This document shows positions 36,401 to 47,289 of a DNA stretch of 64,000 nt, piece by piece. Within the stretch, counting starts at the first letter, position 1. Each line of letters starts with the position of its first letter. The notes below the pieces were generated by a model that was given only the letters and a program-made list of their open reading frames with translations, was not told the origin of the DNA and did no database searches. Origin of the DNA: Perkinsus chesapeaki ATCC PRA-425 (taxonomy: Eukaryota; Protista; Perkinsozoa); assembly GCA_013115145.1 (NCBI GenBank), contig JAAPAO010000100.1, forward strand, positions 14,364 to 78,363. The letters are read 5' to 3'. The translations under genes were made by a program, and so were the position numbers.

Positions 36401-37750
36401 ATGAAGACCCTTCCTGAAGTGCCCTCCTCCCCCTCTCCTTGTCGAAGGTACTTCATAGCCTTCACAACGTCTCTAATCGCTAGCTACCTTTATCTGTACT
36501 TCACCGGACCTGCTCTCGGCCCAGAATTGGTACCGTGGCCACGGTCGTTTATTACTGGACTTGACATGTGGAAATCTAGTACGGCAGCAGCTACCCCCTT
36601 GTGCTCTAATACTTCGGAGTTCATTCTTAGTGATGATGAAGTGAACAAGTTTGAAGGTGCGTATGGCAGGCCCTATGTTATCGACCTTGGTTTCGCGCAC
36701 GGTCTCGGCCACAAGCTGGAGCTGCAAATGCTTGCAATGGTTGCCGGTCTTCGGGGGCAAGGCATGTTTTCCGGTGCATTATGGACCACTACGAATGGGA
36801 GCGGTGACCACAGTGATATGATGTCGGCTGCACCTCTCCTTGGCCAGCTATGGGGTGGCAATATTTCGGACGAGGCATCGCTTCGGTTGAAAGGCGCTGT
36901 AAGGATATCACCGATAGATGGAGGCTCCTGTCCCCGAAGAAATCCTGGTCAGCAAATCCAGAGTGAAGACAGCAGCATCAGGGGCATTACACTTGATGAG
37001 ATGGCCGACTATTTAAAGGAAGGCCCGTTGGCCATTGTTTGCCCATGGTTCGATAAACGTGCGGGAGAATTTCCCTCCACAGCTGAGACCCTGCTGGTGC
37101 GACACTGGCTCCGCTCGCGCATTGTCAAAGTGGGCAGAGGGCTCACCTTTTTCGAATCTGCTAAGCGGGAGCTTCTCGTAGCCATTCATATAAGGCGCGG
37201 CGACCTTCTTGTTAGACAGCAGCATCGCATGACTCGGAACCGCTTCTTTGCCAACACAGCAGCGCATGTTCTCAGTGAACTAGCATCCAACAGCTCCGCA
37301 CAGGTTGTGGTGGTCAGCGAGACATGGAAGGAAGGAGGTCATGAGTGCAGCCTTCAGAGGAAGCTCTGCAACCACTTGGGCCAGTCTGTAGATTTCGAGG
37401 ACTCCCTCCGGAAGCAGATAGCCGCTCTTGGCAAGGAGTACGGCAACTGGCGAGTAAAGGTCAAACTGGATGCGAACACAGCACGTTCCTTCATCACTCT
37501 CGTAGCGGCTGATATAGCTGTCCTATCGAGCAGTGGCTATAGTGCATGGGCCGGCCTGCTAAGCACCGGTATCACCATTTACCCTTACAACGCCAAGTCC
37601 CAGAGTGTCATGCGCAGGATGCAGACCGATGCTATTTCTTCTATCCCAGTTAATTCCTCTGAGGCGTGGGACGGTGATGCTCTCGTGCGTGAATGGTCTT
37701 GGTATCGGAAATGCCCGGCGAGATTGCAAATTCGAGAGGCAATTATTTGA
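36401..37750 (+). CDS. Type II membrane glycosyltransferase, GT11/alpha-1,2-fucosyltransferase-like, intronless
   Basis: N-terminal TM anchor; GLGHKL (GLGNQ-like); VAIHIRRGDL GDP-fucose-binding motif; VVVVSE; ADIAVLSSSGYSAWAGLLS. Confidence 0.75.
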   Translation: MKTLPEVPSSPSPCRRYFIAFTTSLIASYLYLYFTGPALGPELVPWPRSFITGLDMWKSSTAAATPLCSNTSEFILSDDEVNKFEGAYGRPYVIDLGFAHGLGHKLELQMLAMVAGLRGQGMFSGALWTTTNGSGDHSDMMSAAPLLGQLWGGNISDEASLRLKGAVRISPIDGGSCPRRNPGQQIQSEDSSIRGITLDEMADYLKEGPLAIVCPWFDKRAGEFPSTAETLLVRHWLRSRIVKVGRGLTFFESAKRELLVAIHIRRGDLLVRQQHRMTRNRFFANTAAHVLSELASNSSAQVVVVSETWKEGGHECSLQRKLCNHLGQSVDFEDSLRKQIAALGKEYGNWRVKVKLDANTARSFITLVAADIAVLSSSGYSAWAGLLSTGITIYPYNAKSQSVMRRMQTDAISSIPVNSSEAWDGDALVREWSWYRKCPARLQIREAII

Positions 37751-38164
37751 TGAGACATGTATGATTTGGCATGCTCCCATCATTGACTTTCGTTGACAAA
37801 TCTAAGACTTGCGTGTCGAGTGATAACGCCGCAGCACGATGTACAATCGCGTTATGTACTTGCATGTCACATAGTGATAGTGGGTGTGTAGTAAACACTG
37901 TGTACGGTTACCATACTATTGTAAGCTTTCCCGTCTGGGCTCTACTGAATAGAGTCTACTTGGAAAGCACCCGGCTGTGTGATAGATTCTCCAGAGATAC
38001 ATTTCGTAGAGATAGATTCTCCTCTGGCACCATCTTAACTCGAAGCTCAGAAGAATTGGGCATTGATTATTATATAAGTGATAATGTTAATAATATGAGC
38101 GGGAGTAAAACAGCTGATAAGATATTTGTAAATGTGTGCATCTTGTTCGCTTCTTCCGTTCCGT

Positions 38165-38186
38165 GTATCTACTAGATACTATCTAG
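38165..38186. mobile_element. Perfect 7+8+7 excision footprint (GTATCTAG)
   Basis: GTATCTA CTAGATAC TATCTAG. Confidence 0.82.
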
Positions 38187-38373
38187 GCTAGTGTATCTTG
38201 GATCATTGATTCAAGATACACTGGCCTGGATAGTTACCAGTCTAGCCTTAGTAACTAGCCTAGTGATTCAGAATCAACCCGATCTTCTAGTTGTTACTGA
38301 ACCGCACAGGCTGCTGCGGAATCTAACTTGCTTACTTGTAATTGCCCGCACTTCCCATAACAGGAATCCCATT

Positions 38374-38395
38374 GTAGCTATTAGCTACTAGCTGA
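38374..38395. mobile_element. 7+8+7 footprint, 1 mismatch (GTAGCTAA)
   Basis: GTAGCTA TTAGCTAC TAGCTgA. Confidence 0.68.
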
Positions 38396-38869
38396 GGGGC
38401 GCGCAACTTGCGTGACGCATGTACATATATTAGTTGGTTGAATAGGTCAATCACAAATATTTCTAGTATGACAGCAGACAATGAAAAAAGCTACTAGACG
38501 TACGGTAGTCAAGTAAAGCACACAAGAGAGATACTAGCGCACGAGATGAACAAACTGCTGAGAGCGATGAATCAATTGAGCGAGCGAGATATTTCATACG
38601 ATATGTAGCGCGCATACACTACTGTACAGTATTAGTTACTCTGTCTCACAGTCTGCTACTAACAGACTGATTTGTGACTAATTCACGGTATTATGTAATT
38701 AGGCTAGTATTATCAGCCTATAGGCTACAGCCTATCAGCCTATTTACTTAGGCTACAGTAATTACTCGCAGTATTATCACAACTAATTATTGGCTACTAG
38801 TACATATCCCTCAGTAAATTTTCAATTATGGGGAAGTCAGCAGTCTCACGAGTCGCAAGATTATAGGTA

Positions 38870-38891
38870 ATCTTGAGTCAAGATTCTTGAC
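38870..38891. mobile_element. Perfect 7+8+7 excision footprint (ATCTTGAC)
   Basis: ATCTTGA GTCAAGAT TCTTGAC. Confidence 0.85.
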
Positions 38892-40061
38892 CCAAAACCG
38901 CTTGGCGAAAAGGCTTATGTGCTCCTTATCGTGCGAATATCCACGTGGCCCATTCAGAGTGTGCTTGCCAACGAGTGCAGCTATCTCATGCAGTTTGCAC
39001 GACACCTCCTGTCCCTTAGACCATGATGTGTACGTACCATTGACTGTCCGCAACCTAAAGCGGTGGTTTTTTTCTGTATGGCGTGCGGGGGAGGTCGAGT
39101 GCGAGTGCGTTTTGCCCCATGAACCCCTTCAACTGTCGCGTCCACGAGTGATAGCGGATAAGCCCGCGCGTACGTGTGCTTTCGCCATAGGCATAAATTA
39201 CGAGGAGGGATGAGGTTCCATACTAAATATGGGCAAGTCTTGCCCTAGCGGTGTGCTGGCTGATACTCGCTTTCAGCTCGGTGATTGTCGCGCTCCTTGA
39301 CCGTCGCGCGACAGTTGTTCATCTTGCTGGGGTTGGTGGGTGCTGCTATTCAATTGCGAGGGGGTCCGCGCACCCCACGTTGTGGGGGCCCCGCCCGGAC
39401 CCTTCTGAGTTAGGATCGAACCTGCGACCTGCGCGAAAATTGCGGTATGGCGGATTGCGCCTTCCACCGAGTGTGCCCGGTTTAAACTCTGTATCCGCTT
39501 CCCTCATTGGAAAGCAATCCCAGTGAAACACCGGGAACGCACAATATCAGTTCCCATAATGGGACCTGGTTCGTGGCGCTTTTCATGCGAATTAGCAGAG
39601 TGCGCACGCGTACGGTGCGAGTCGCAATAGAAAATTCATTGAAATATTTTATCCGTACTGTTGGTGAGAAGTTAGCTTCACCTACGCTTTATTACTTGTC
39701 TCCGATGCCTCGAGCTATTGTACCTTGAAGCTGTATTGCCCGCCTGCTTATCGTTACTTTGTATAAAGCCTAGAGATTGTATTAGTAATACAGTATTACC
39801 AGAGTCGCCCGTTGTCTACCGGCAGTATCAATCACGACTATGCCCACAGAATGCATCGCGCAACATTACCCCGTTATTCCAAACATCAGACTCGGACTGT
39901 GATTTATCAGTGAAGAGTTAGACTTTCGATTTCTTTCTGAATAAATAGTCTAAATTGGCGCTAAGATCAGCATTCGCATACAGCCCCTGGAGCGACCTAA
40001 CGAGCATCTGAGCAGCTTAGCGCGCCCTTTTAGTTCTTTCTTCGTTTCCCTCGTGGCTTAG

Positions 40062-42392
40062 ATGGTTACGTCTCTTTTTTGGCCGGTTGTTTACGTAGCC
40101 TCTGTGATGGAAGCAATTGCGTGTGCGAAACTAGGGTCTGTTGGAGCTCCTCAGCAGTTGGTTCGCTACTCGCAAGTGAAGGGAAGGCCCTACGTGGTGT
40201 CTTACGATTCCCGGGCCTTCCTCATCGATGATAACCGAACCTTGCTGCTTGGAGGCTCAGTTCACTACCCTAGGCTTGCCCCAGAAGAATGGGGTCCAAT
40301 ATTGAAGAACATGGCTCTTGATGGGTTGAACCATGTCCAAATTTATGTTTTCTGGAACGTCCATGAGCCAAATCCTCCCAAGTACGATGCAGCCTCTAAG
40401 ACTTATGCGCATTCCTACGATCTTGGTGGGAGAGCTGATTTGGTTAAGTTCATCAAATTGGCGGGCGAGAATGATTTATTTGTTAATGTTCGTATTGGAC
40501 CTTATGTCTGTGCCGAGTTTACCTTTGGTGGCATCCCTGTCTGGACCAAGGACATCCCTGGCATGTGTTACAGGTCTATTTGTGGATGGCATTCTGGAGC
40601 TCCTGAAACCTGCGAGCCTTGGAAGACTGGTACCACAGCTGGATGCGATCCCTGGAGGCAGCAGATGGCCGACTTTACTCTCTTCATTGTCGATCTTATC
40701 AATAAGAATGACCTTAGTGCTGAGCAAGGTGGCCCTGTGATTATGGCACAGATCGAAAATGAGTATCATTATCACGAACCTGTTGGAGATGCCTATATCG
40801 CGTGGTGTGGCGATTTGGCTACGAATAGCACCTTAAATGTCCCTTGGGTTATGTGCAACGGCATGTCTGCTAAAGGCACGCTAAATGTGTGTAATGATGA
40901 CGACTGCGAAGATTTCGTTGGGTGGCATGACAGCCAATGGCCTAATGAACCTCTTGGGTGGACTGAGGACGAAGGCTGGTTCATCACTTGGGACCCCTAT
41001 TACTATCTAGCAAACTACAATAGACCACCAGAAGAAATGGCTTATGTTGTGGCGAAGTGGGTAGCTATTGGTGGTAGTCATCATAACTATTATATGTGGT
41101 ATGGTGGTAATCATATTGGTCAATGGGGTGCTGCTTCTCTCACTAACGCTTATGCTCAAGGGGTCAATGTACTTCCAAGCGGTCTTCCTCATGAACCCAA
41201 GAAGTCTCATTTGGCAAAACTTCATAAAGTGCTTGGGGCACTTAACGGAGAACTCATGAGCGTTGTGGATCGTAAGACGATCAAACCTCAAAATCTGACT
41301 GGTGGCGTGAAAATCTATCAGTGGACAGATACACTTGGCTTCTTGCACCGTCCAGCTTGCCAAGGTTATCCGGAGTATATCACCTTCAAGGGGATAAAAT
41401 ACATGATATCATGTCAAGAGGTTCTGATCGTCAATCCCCAGTCGGGAACGGTTTATTACGCGAGTGCCCAAGTCCCCGCTGGAGGATCCATAGTAAACAA
41501 TGTTATTGCGACCCTTGATACAGTGAGCTCCGCGCCAGAGAAGTTCTCAAAGGGTATGGGCATTCGTAACAGCTCCTATCCTATCGATCAGCTCAGTATC
41601 ACTGGACTAGATACTGACTATGTCTTATACATGACATCTTTTATCAGTCCATCCAAAGTTCCTCTAGAATTGGCTATAAAGTCAAGCTGGTCACAGGCTT
41701 TCTATATATCAATAGACGGAGGCAGATCCTTCCCCACGACATTGCTCAACATCGACAAAGGCAGCTACGAATGGGTCGCGAAAGCAACATTAACAGGAAT
41801 TGAGGCTGGCCAGCGCTATGCTCTACACATTCTCTCTGAAAGCCTGGGCATAGAGAATGGCAATGTCGAGTCTGGTCTAGCCTCAATGGAGCCAGCGCTG
41901 AATAAAGGTATATTCGGCGACGTAACAGTTGGTGGTAGGTCGATATATGAAGGCGAATGGACTATGGTTAAAGGTCTCGATGGTGAGGTCTCAAATGGGA
42001 CCGAACCCTTTGATACAGCAGGTACGGCTGTCGGTGCCACTAGTGCCAACGTTCCCACATGGTTCTACTCCGAGTTTGACTTGCCTCCGGCTAAACCTTC
42101 TGATTGGGGCGTGAGGTCTGTATCTTTGAGGATTCCCAAGGGGCTCCCTAACAATGCCGGTGGCCATATCTGGTTGAACGGTAAGAATATTGGAAGATGG
42201 CGAGCGACCTTCCAGCCGAGGACCGGAGATTATGTCCAACCCGAGTACAGACTGCCAGCTGATGCTTTATTTATTGGTAAGAACAAGTTGGCCGTCTTTA
42301 GCGCCACTGGAGACTGGGTATCATCTGCTATACGACCAGCAGAGATAATTGAGAGCTTCTACGTTCCGGTTAGGCATGTTAAACATCATTAA
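40062..42392 (+). CDS. Secreted GH35 beta-galactosidase, paralog 1, intronless
   Basis: Signal peptide; GGSVHYPR; YVFWNVHEP; RIGPYVCAE; acid/base QIENEY; nucleophile WTE; NYYMWYGGN; C-terminal GHIWLNGKNIGRW. Confidence 0.93.
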   Translation: MVTSLFWPVVYVASVMEAIACAKLGSVGAPQQLVRYSQVKGRPYVVSYDSRAFLIDDNRTLLLGGSVHYPRLAPEEWGPILKNMALDGLNHVQIYVFWNVHEPNPPKYDAASKTYAHSYDLGGRADLVKFIKLAGENDLFVNVRIGPYVCAEFTFGGIPVWTKDIPGMCYRSICGWHSGAPETCEPWKTGTTAGCDPWRQQMADFTLFIVDLINKNDLSAEQGGPVIMAQIENEYHYHEPVGDAYIAWCGDLATNSTLNVPWVMCNGMSAKGTLNVCNDDDCEDFVGWHDSQWPNEPLGWTEDEGWFITWDPYYYLANYNRPPEEMAYVVAKWVAIGGSHHNYYMWYGGNHIGQWGAASLTNAYAQGVNVLPSGLPHEPKKSHLAKLHKVLGALNGELMSVVDRKTIKPQNLTGGVKIYQWTDTLGFLHRPACQGYPEYITFKGIKYMISCQEVLIVNPQSGTVYYASAQVPAGGSIVNNVIATLDTVSSAPEKFSKGMGIRNSSYPIDQLSITGLDTDYVLYMTSFISPSKVPLELAIKSSWSQAFYISIDGGRSFPTTLLNIDKGSYEWVAKATLTGIEAGQRYALHILSESLGIENGNVESGLASMEPALNKGIFGDVTVGGRSIYEGEWTMVKGLDGEVSNGTEPFDTAGTAVGATSANVPTWFYSEFDLPPAKPSDWGVRSVSLRIPKGLPNNAGGHIWLNGKNIGRWRATFQPRTGDYVQPEYRLPADALFIGKNKLAVFSATGDWVSSAIRPAEIIESFYVPVRHVKHH

Positions 42393-43134
42393 GAATCTCG
42401 TCATGGTATTTATAGTCCGACCTTATTCGTCATTCTCAATTTTCGGTCTGGCCCTTACCGGGTTATAAGCCTGTATGAAATTCGTGGCGGTAATCAGTAT
42501 TGTATCTGGTGGTATTCGAGCTCCGTCCTACGTTGGGTTGGATGCTCGAATCGCTGTCAATCGGCATGAGTAAACGGTTTATAACCGGCCTGGTTAAACA
42601 ACTAAGCTTATTTGATCGTCGCATCTCTTTGATTAGCCCTTTCTACGGAAGTCAATGCGATGCGTTAAGTCCAGGGGATCGGAACAACGGCAGTCGTATA
42701 TTGTCGACATTACGGTAGAATCGATCTGTTGTACGAGGAGACTTCCTGTCGTCCGGTTCCTCCAAACAGGAGACTTCGATATATGATCGGGGTGCTGTGT
42801 GGAGGCTTCTTGTACGATCCTATTCACGACCAATCCCTCAGCTCACAGCCCTATCTTCTCCGTGTTGTGGGCGAACAGACAAGGAAAAGGGAGCTCGAGA
42901 ACATCAACAAGTCTCGCTCGGCCAACCACGCTGTATCTACAGTTCGATCTAAATATAGGGACTATATCTCCGGGATATCCAGCGACCCAAGCCGCTGCAT
43001 CACTCCGAGGAATACACTGGCTTGGATTATTCTCGTCTGCACGCGAAAGTAGGATCTCCGTCATGGTTTGCTATGATCACACTTGGATCTGTAACCCTTG
43101 CCATGGCGATGCTTGCAGCCTCTGATTTAGGAGG

Positions 43135-43156
43135 CTTGCCAGTGGCAAGTGGCCAC
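43135..43156. mobile_element. 7+8+7 footprint, 1 mismatch (CTTGCCAC)
   Basis: CTTGCCA GTGGCAAG TgGCCAC. Confidence 0.72.
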
Positions 43157-43351
43157 TGGAAGATTTTTCTTAACTGCGCAAGGCTTAAATAATCGAATTT
43201 CGAGTTTGACTGTCACAAAGTAGAGTACGCATTGCGCCTTGAGAAAGACCGAGTCCGTGGCGATTACAGCGAGTAAGAACTATACCACCTCCTGAAGGTG
43301 ACCTTCATGGACATCTGGTAGATATGAACGATACTTGGTCGAGAGTGAACT

Positions 43352-43505
43352 CCGCTCTTGGCCAGGAGTACGGCGACTGGCGACAGTGCAGTGGCTGATA
43401 TAGCTTTTCTATCGAGCAGTGGCTATAGTGCATGCGCCGGCCTGCTAAGCTCCGGTACCAGTGGTACCGTACCACCATTTACCCTTAAAACGTCCTAGAG
43501 TGTCA
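43352..43505 (+). pseudogene. Degraded fragment of the fucosyltransferase-like gene
   Basis: Aligns to 37422-37610 with an internal deletion of about 50 nt and a +14 footprint at 43454. Confidence 0.85.
43454..43475. mobile_element. Perfect 7+8+7 footprint (GGTACCAC) with empty paralogous site
   Basis: GGTACCA GTGGTACC GTACCAC; the intact gene has a single GGTATCAC at 37568-37575. Confidence 0.9.
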
Positions 43506-44867
43506 AGCACCTGTTTGTAGCCTACGTGCGCGCTAACTCTCACGCATACAAATCGTACCTATCGTCTAAACAGAGGAGTAACAGAACAGACCAATCTAAC
43601 AGTCTGTTAGATTAGTAGAAGAGCTCTTGAAGAGAAAAAATAATTTCAACTAGTGGAGATGTCGGTAATTCTGATATCGTCACCGCAACGTAAGAGCAAT
43701 GTAATAATACGAGGCAATGAACATATAACAGTCAACAAACAGTCTTCATTCTGAGGAAGCCTTCTCACGACTCTAAAGGGTATTGATATAGCGAAAACTG
43801 CGCGCGTGCTTCCACCATGTGCGTTAACTGACATGAAGGACGAGTTTTCATATCCTTACTTAACTAACCACGTCGGATTTACCTCTGCATCGCCCCCTTA
43901 ATCAAGAACACACAATGTCAGCTCCTATAATGGGACCAACGAAGACCGCAAATGGAGCGTCTTTTACAGTGCAACAGCGACCGAGGGTGCTCCTCGATAG
44001 CGACTCCGAACATCCTCACTTCATGGGGCCCCTGTCCGGACTGGACCTGGCAAATAGCTCCGGGGTGACTGAGCATCAAATCAAGCTGTCGAAAGCGCCG
44101 ACTCGACACCGTAATGAGCAGCCTCAGATCTACGTTTGCGTGCCCACAACCAGCGGCTGGGGCTAGCATCATGTAACATGATACATGTTTCGGTATTCGA
44201 CCACTCAAGTCCGGAGGAGACAGCATGGTTTACTCATTTATTGCACGAAGTTCGCACAACTGACCAGGAGGTTGGAGCTCCAACAGTACGCAATGTCCCG
44301 ACACTGATCAGCATATGAACGTCAGACTGGTAAACTCGCTAGTTACGGACCATACACTGCAGGTGAGACCATTCTGCTGCTAGAGCAAGAATCCACGGTC
44401 TGCTGTGGCGTGTGCGTGTTGACACTGCATGGCGCCAAAATAGTGGTATCTTGGCGCTTTTTGTGAATCGCCTCCTGGTTACCTCCGCCTGGAATAATTT
44501 TACAACGACATATGGTAGCTACTACTGTATTGCGTAAACTCGAGGAGATTTTCACGGTGATTTCTTAAGTCGACACGTAAGTCCCCTCTTATCAGCGGTC
44601 GACGGTTCCCTACGCGTACAGAGTGGAGGCGCCCTCTCGGGCCCCCGAGCGCCCGAAGGCGCCACGGCCTAGCCTAGAGGTTTTGGCATAGCAGGAAGCC
44701 GGGCATTTAGTTCATCAGGCACACGCGTAGACGAGGATCTTACACTCATCTGTCCTCTTCTCGATCATCTGCAGGAAAATCCATCCATGTTCCGGAGCAG
44801 CATGATTGACGACCTAGCGAGTTCCTCAGAATCCTGTTTTGCTCTCAGCTTTCTTATTATTTCATTC

Positions 44868-47198
44868 ATGACTCACTTGAAACGTATATCATGGCTAATC
44901 TTGTATGTAGCCTCGATGATAAGAGAAATCACGTGTGCGGGAGCTCCGCGCGCGGAGCTAGGATCTGTTGGAGCTACCCAGGAGTTGGTTCGCTACTCGC
45001 AAGTGAAGGGAAGGCCCTACGTGGTGTCTTACGATTCCCGGGCCTTCCTCATTGATAATAACCGAACCTTGCTTCTTGGAGGCTCAGTTCACTACCCTAG
45101 GCTTGCCCCAGAAGAATGGGGTCCAATATTGAAGAACATGGCTCTTGATGGGTTGAACCATGTCCAAATTTATGTATTCTGGAACGTCCATGAGCCGAAT
45201 CCTCCCAAGTATGATGCAGCCTCTAAGACTTATGCTCATTCCTATGATCTTAGTGGAAGAGCTGATTTGGTTAAGTTCATCAAATTGGCGGGCGAGAATG
45301 ATTTATTTGTTAATGTTCGTATTGGACCTTATGTCTGTGCCGAGTTTACCTTTGGTGGCATCCCTGTCTGGACCAAGGACATCCCTGGCATGTGTTACAG
45401 GTCTATTTGTGGATGGCATTCTGGGTCGCCTGAAATCTGCGAGCCTTGGAAGACTGGTACCACAGCTGGATGCGATCCCTGGAGGCAGCAGATGGCCGAC
45501 TTTACTCTCTTCATTGTCGATCTTATCAATAAGAATGACCTTAGTGCTGAGCAAGGTGGCCCTGTGATTATGGCACAGATCGAAAATGAGTATAACAATC
45601 ACGAGCCTGTTGGAAATGCTTATATCGCGTGGTGTGGTGATTTGGCTACGAATAGCACCTTAAATGTCCCTTGGGTTATGTGCAACGGCATGTCTGCTAA
45701 AGGCACGCTAAATGTGTGCAATGCGTACGACTGCGAGGGTTACGCCAAGCAACATGATAAGGAGTGGCCTGATCAGCCCCTTGGGTGGACCGAGGACGAA
45801 GGCTGGTTTGTCACTTGGGATCCTGCAAATACACACATATATGACAGATCTCCGGAAGAGATGGCTTATGTTGTGGCGAAGTGGGTAGCTATTGGTGGTA
45901 GTCATCATAACTATTATATGTGGTATGGTGGTAATCATATTGGTCAATGGGGTGCTGCTTCTCTCACTAACGCTTATGCTCAAGGGGTCAATGTACTTCC
46001 AAGCGGTCTTCCTCATGAACCCAAGAAGTCTCATTTGGCAAAACTTCATAAAGTGCTTGGGGCACTTAACGGAGAACTCATGAGCGTTGCGGATCGTAAA
46101 ACAATCAAACCACAGAGTCTCGATAAGGGTATACAACTATATCAATGGACACCAAATCTTGGATTCCTACATCGTCCTACGTGTTCTGATCAGCCGGCAG
46201 TTGTTACTCTAAATGGAACCAGCTATACGGTATCATGTCAAGAAGTGCTGATAATCAATCCCCAGTCGGGAACGGTTTATTACGCGAGTGCCCAAGTCCC
46301 CGCTGGAGGATCCATAGTAAACAATGTTATTGCGACCCTTGATAGTGTGAGCTCCGCGCCAGAGAAGTTCTCAAGGGGCATGGGAACTCGTAACAGCTCC
46401 TATCCTATCGACCAACTCAGTATCGCTGGACTCGATACTGACTATGTCTTATACACGACATCTTTTATCAGTCCATCTGACAATTATGTGGATCTGAAGA
46501 TAGGCTCAGGCGGGTCACAAGCCTTTTATATATCGTTTGATGGTGGCAAATCGTTTCCCGCGTCCACGATGAACATCATTAAGGGTACCTATCAGTGGAC
46601 GGCGACAGCAAGTCTGAAAGGAGTGAAGGTTGGCCAGAGGTATGCTTTGCACATTCTCTCTGAAAGCCTTGGTATTGAGAACTATGGAAACATGAAGGCA
46701 TGCCTAGATAAAGGCATAATGAGCGACGTAACGGTTGGTGGGAAGTCGATATATAAAGGTGAATGGACCATGGTTAAAGGTCTCGATGGTGAGGTCTCAA
46801 ATGGGACCGAACCCTTTGATACAGCAGGTACGGCTGTCGGTGCCACTAGTGCCAACGTTCCCACATGGTTCTACTCCGAGTTTGACTTGCCTCCGGCTAA
46901 ACCTTCTGATTGGGGCGTGAGGTCTGTATCTTTGAGGATTCCTAAGGGGCTCCCTAACAATGCCGGTGGCCATATCTGGTTGAACGGTAAGAATATTGGA
47001 AGATGGCGAGCGACCTTCCAGCCGAGGACCGGAGATTATGTCCAACCCGAGTACAGACTGCCAGCTGATGCTTTATTTATTGGTAAGAACAAGTTGGCCG
47101 TCTTTAGCGCCACTGGAGACTGGGTATCATCTGCTATACGACCAGCAGAGATAATTGAGAGCTTCTACGTTCCGGTTAGGCATGTTGAACATCATTAA
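44868..47198 (+). CDS. Secreted GH35 beta-galactosidase, paralog 2, intronless
   Basis: Same motifs as paralog 1. Start placed at MTHLKRISWLILYVAS for the signal peptide; the ORF is open from 44787. Confidence 0.93.
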   Translation: MTHLKRISWLILYVASMIREITCAGAPRAELGSVGATQELVRYSQVKGRPYVVSYDSRAFLIDNNRTLLLGGSVHYPRLAPEEWGPILKNMALDGLNHVQIYVFWNVHEPNPPKYDAASKTYAHSYDLSGRADLVKFIKLAGENDLFVNVRIGPYVCAEFTFGGIPVWTKDIPGMCYRSICGWHSGSPEICEPWKTGTTAGCDPWRQQMADFTLFIVDLINKNDLSAEQGGPVIMAQIENEYNNHEPVGNAYIAWCGDLATNSTLNVPWVMCNGMSAKGTLNVCNAYDCEGYAKQHDKEWPDQPLGWTEDEGWFVTWDPANTHIYDRSPEEMAYVVAKWVAIGGSHHNYYMWYGGNHIGQWGAASLTNAYAQGVNVLPSGLPHEPKKSHLAKLHKVLGALNGELMSVADRKTIKPQSLDKGIQLYQWTPNLGFLHRPTCSDQPAVVTLNGTSYTVSCQEVLIINPQSGTVYYASAQVPAGGSIVNNVIATLDSVSSAPEKFSRGMGTRNSSYPIDQLSIAGLDTDYVLYTTSFISPSDNYVDLKIGSGGSQAFYISFDGGKSFPASTMNIIKGTYQWTATASLKGVKVGQRYALHILSESLGIENYGNMKACLDKGIMSDVTVGGKSIYKGEWTMVKGLDGEVSNGTEPFDTAGTAVGATSANVPTWFYSEFDLPPAKPSDWGVRSVSLRIPKGLPNNAGGHIWLNGKNIGRWRATFQPRTGDYVQPEYRLPADALFIGKNKLAVFSATGDWVSSAIRPAEIIESFYVPVRHVEHH

Positions 47199-47244
47199 GA
47201 ATCTCGTCATGGTATTTATAGTCCGACCTTATTCGTCATTCTCA

Positions 47245-47266
47245 ATTGTAACTTACAATGTGTAAG
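47245..47266. mobile_element. 7+8+7 footprint (ATTGTAAG) in the GH35-2 3' flank
   Basis: ATTGTAA CTTACAAT gTGTAAG; the paralogous flank near 42439 is exactly 14 nt shorter. Confidence 0.8.
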
Positions 47267-47289
47267 TGTGGCCCTTACCGAGGTAATGC

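Noticed and set aside
40333-46920. Paired alternative-frame and antisense ORFs repeated in both GH35 genes
   Set aside because: Shadow ORFs conserved only because the underlying DNA is duplicated.
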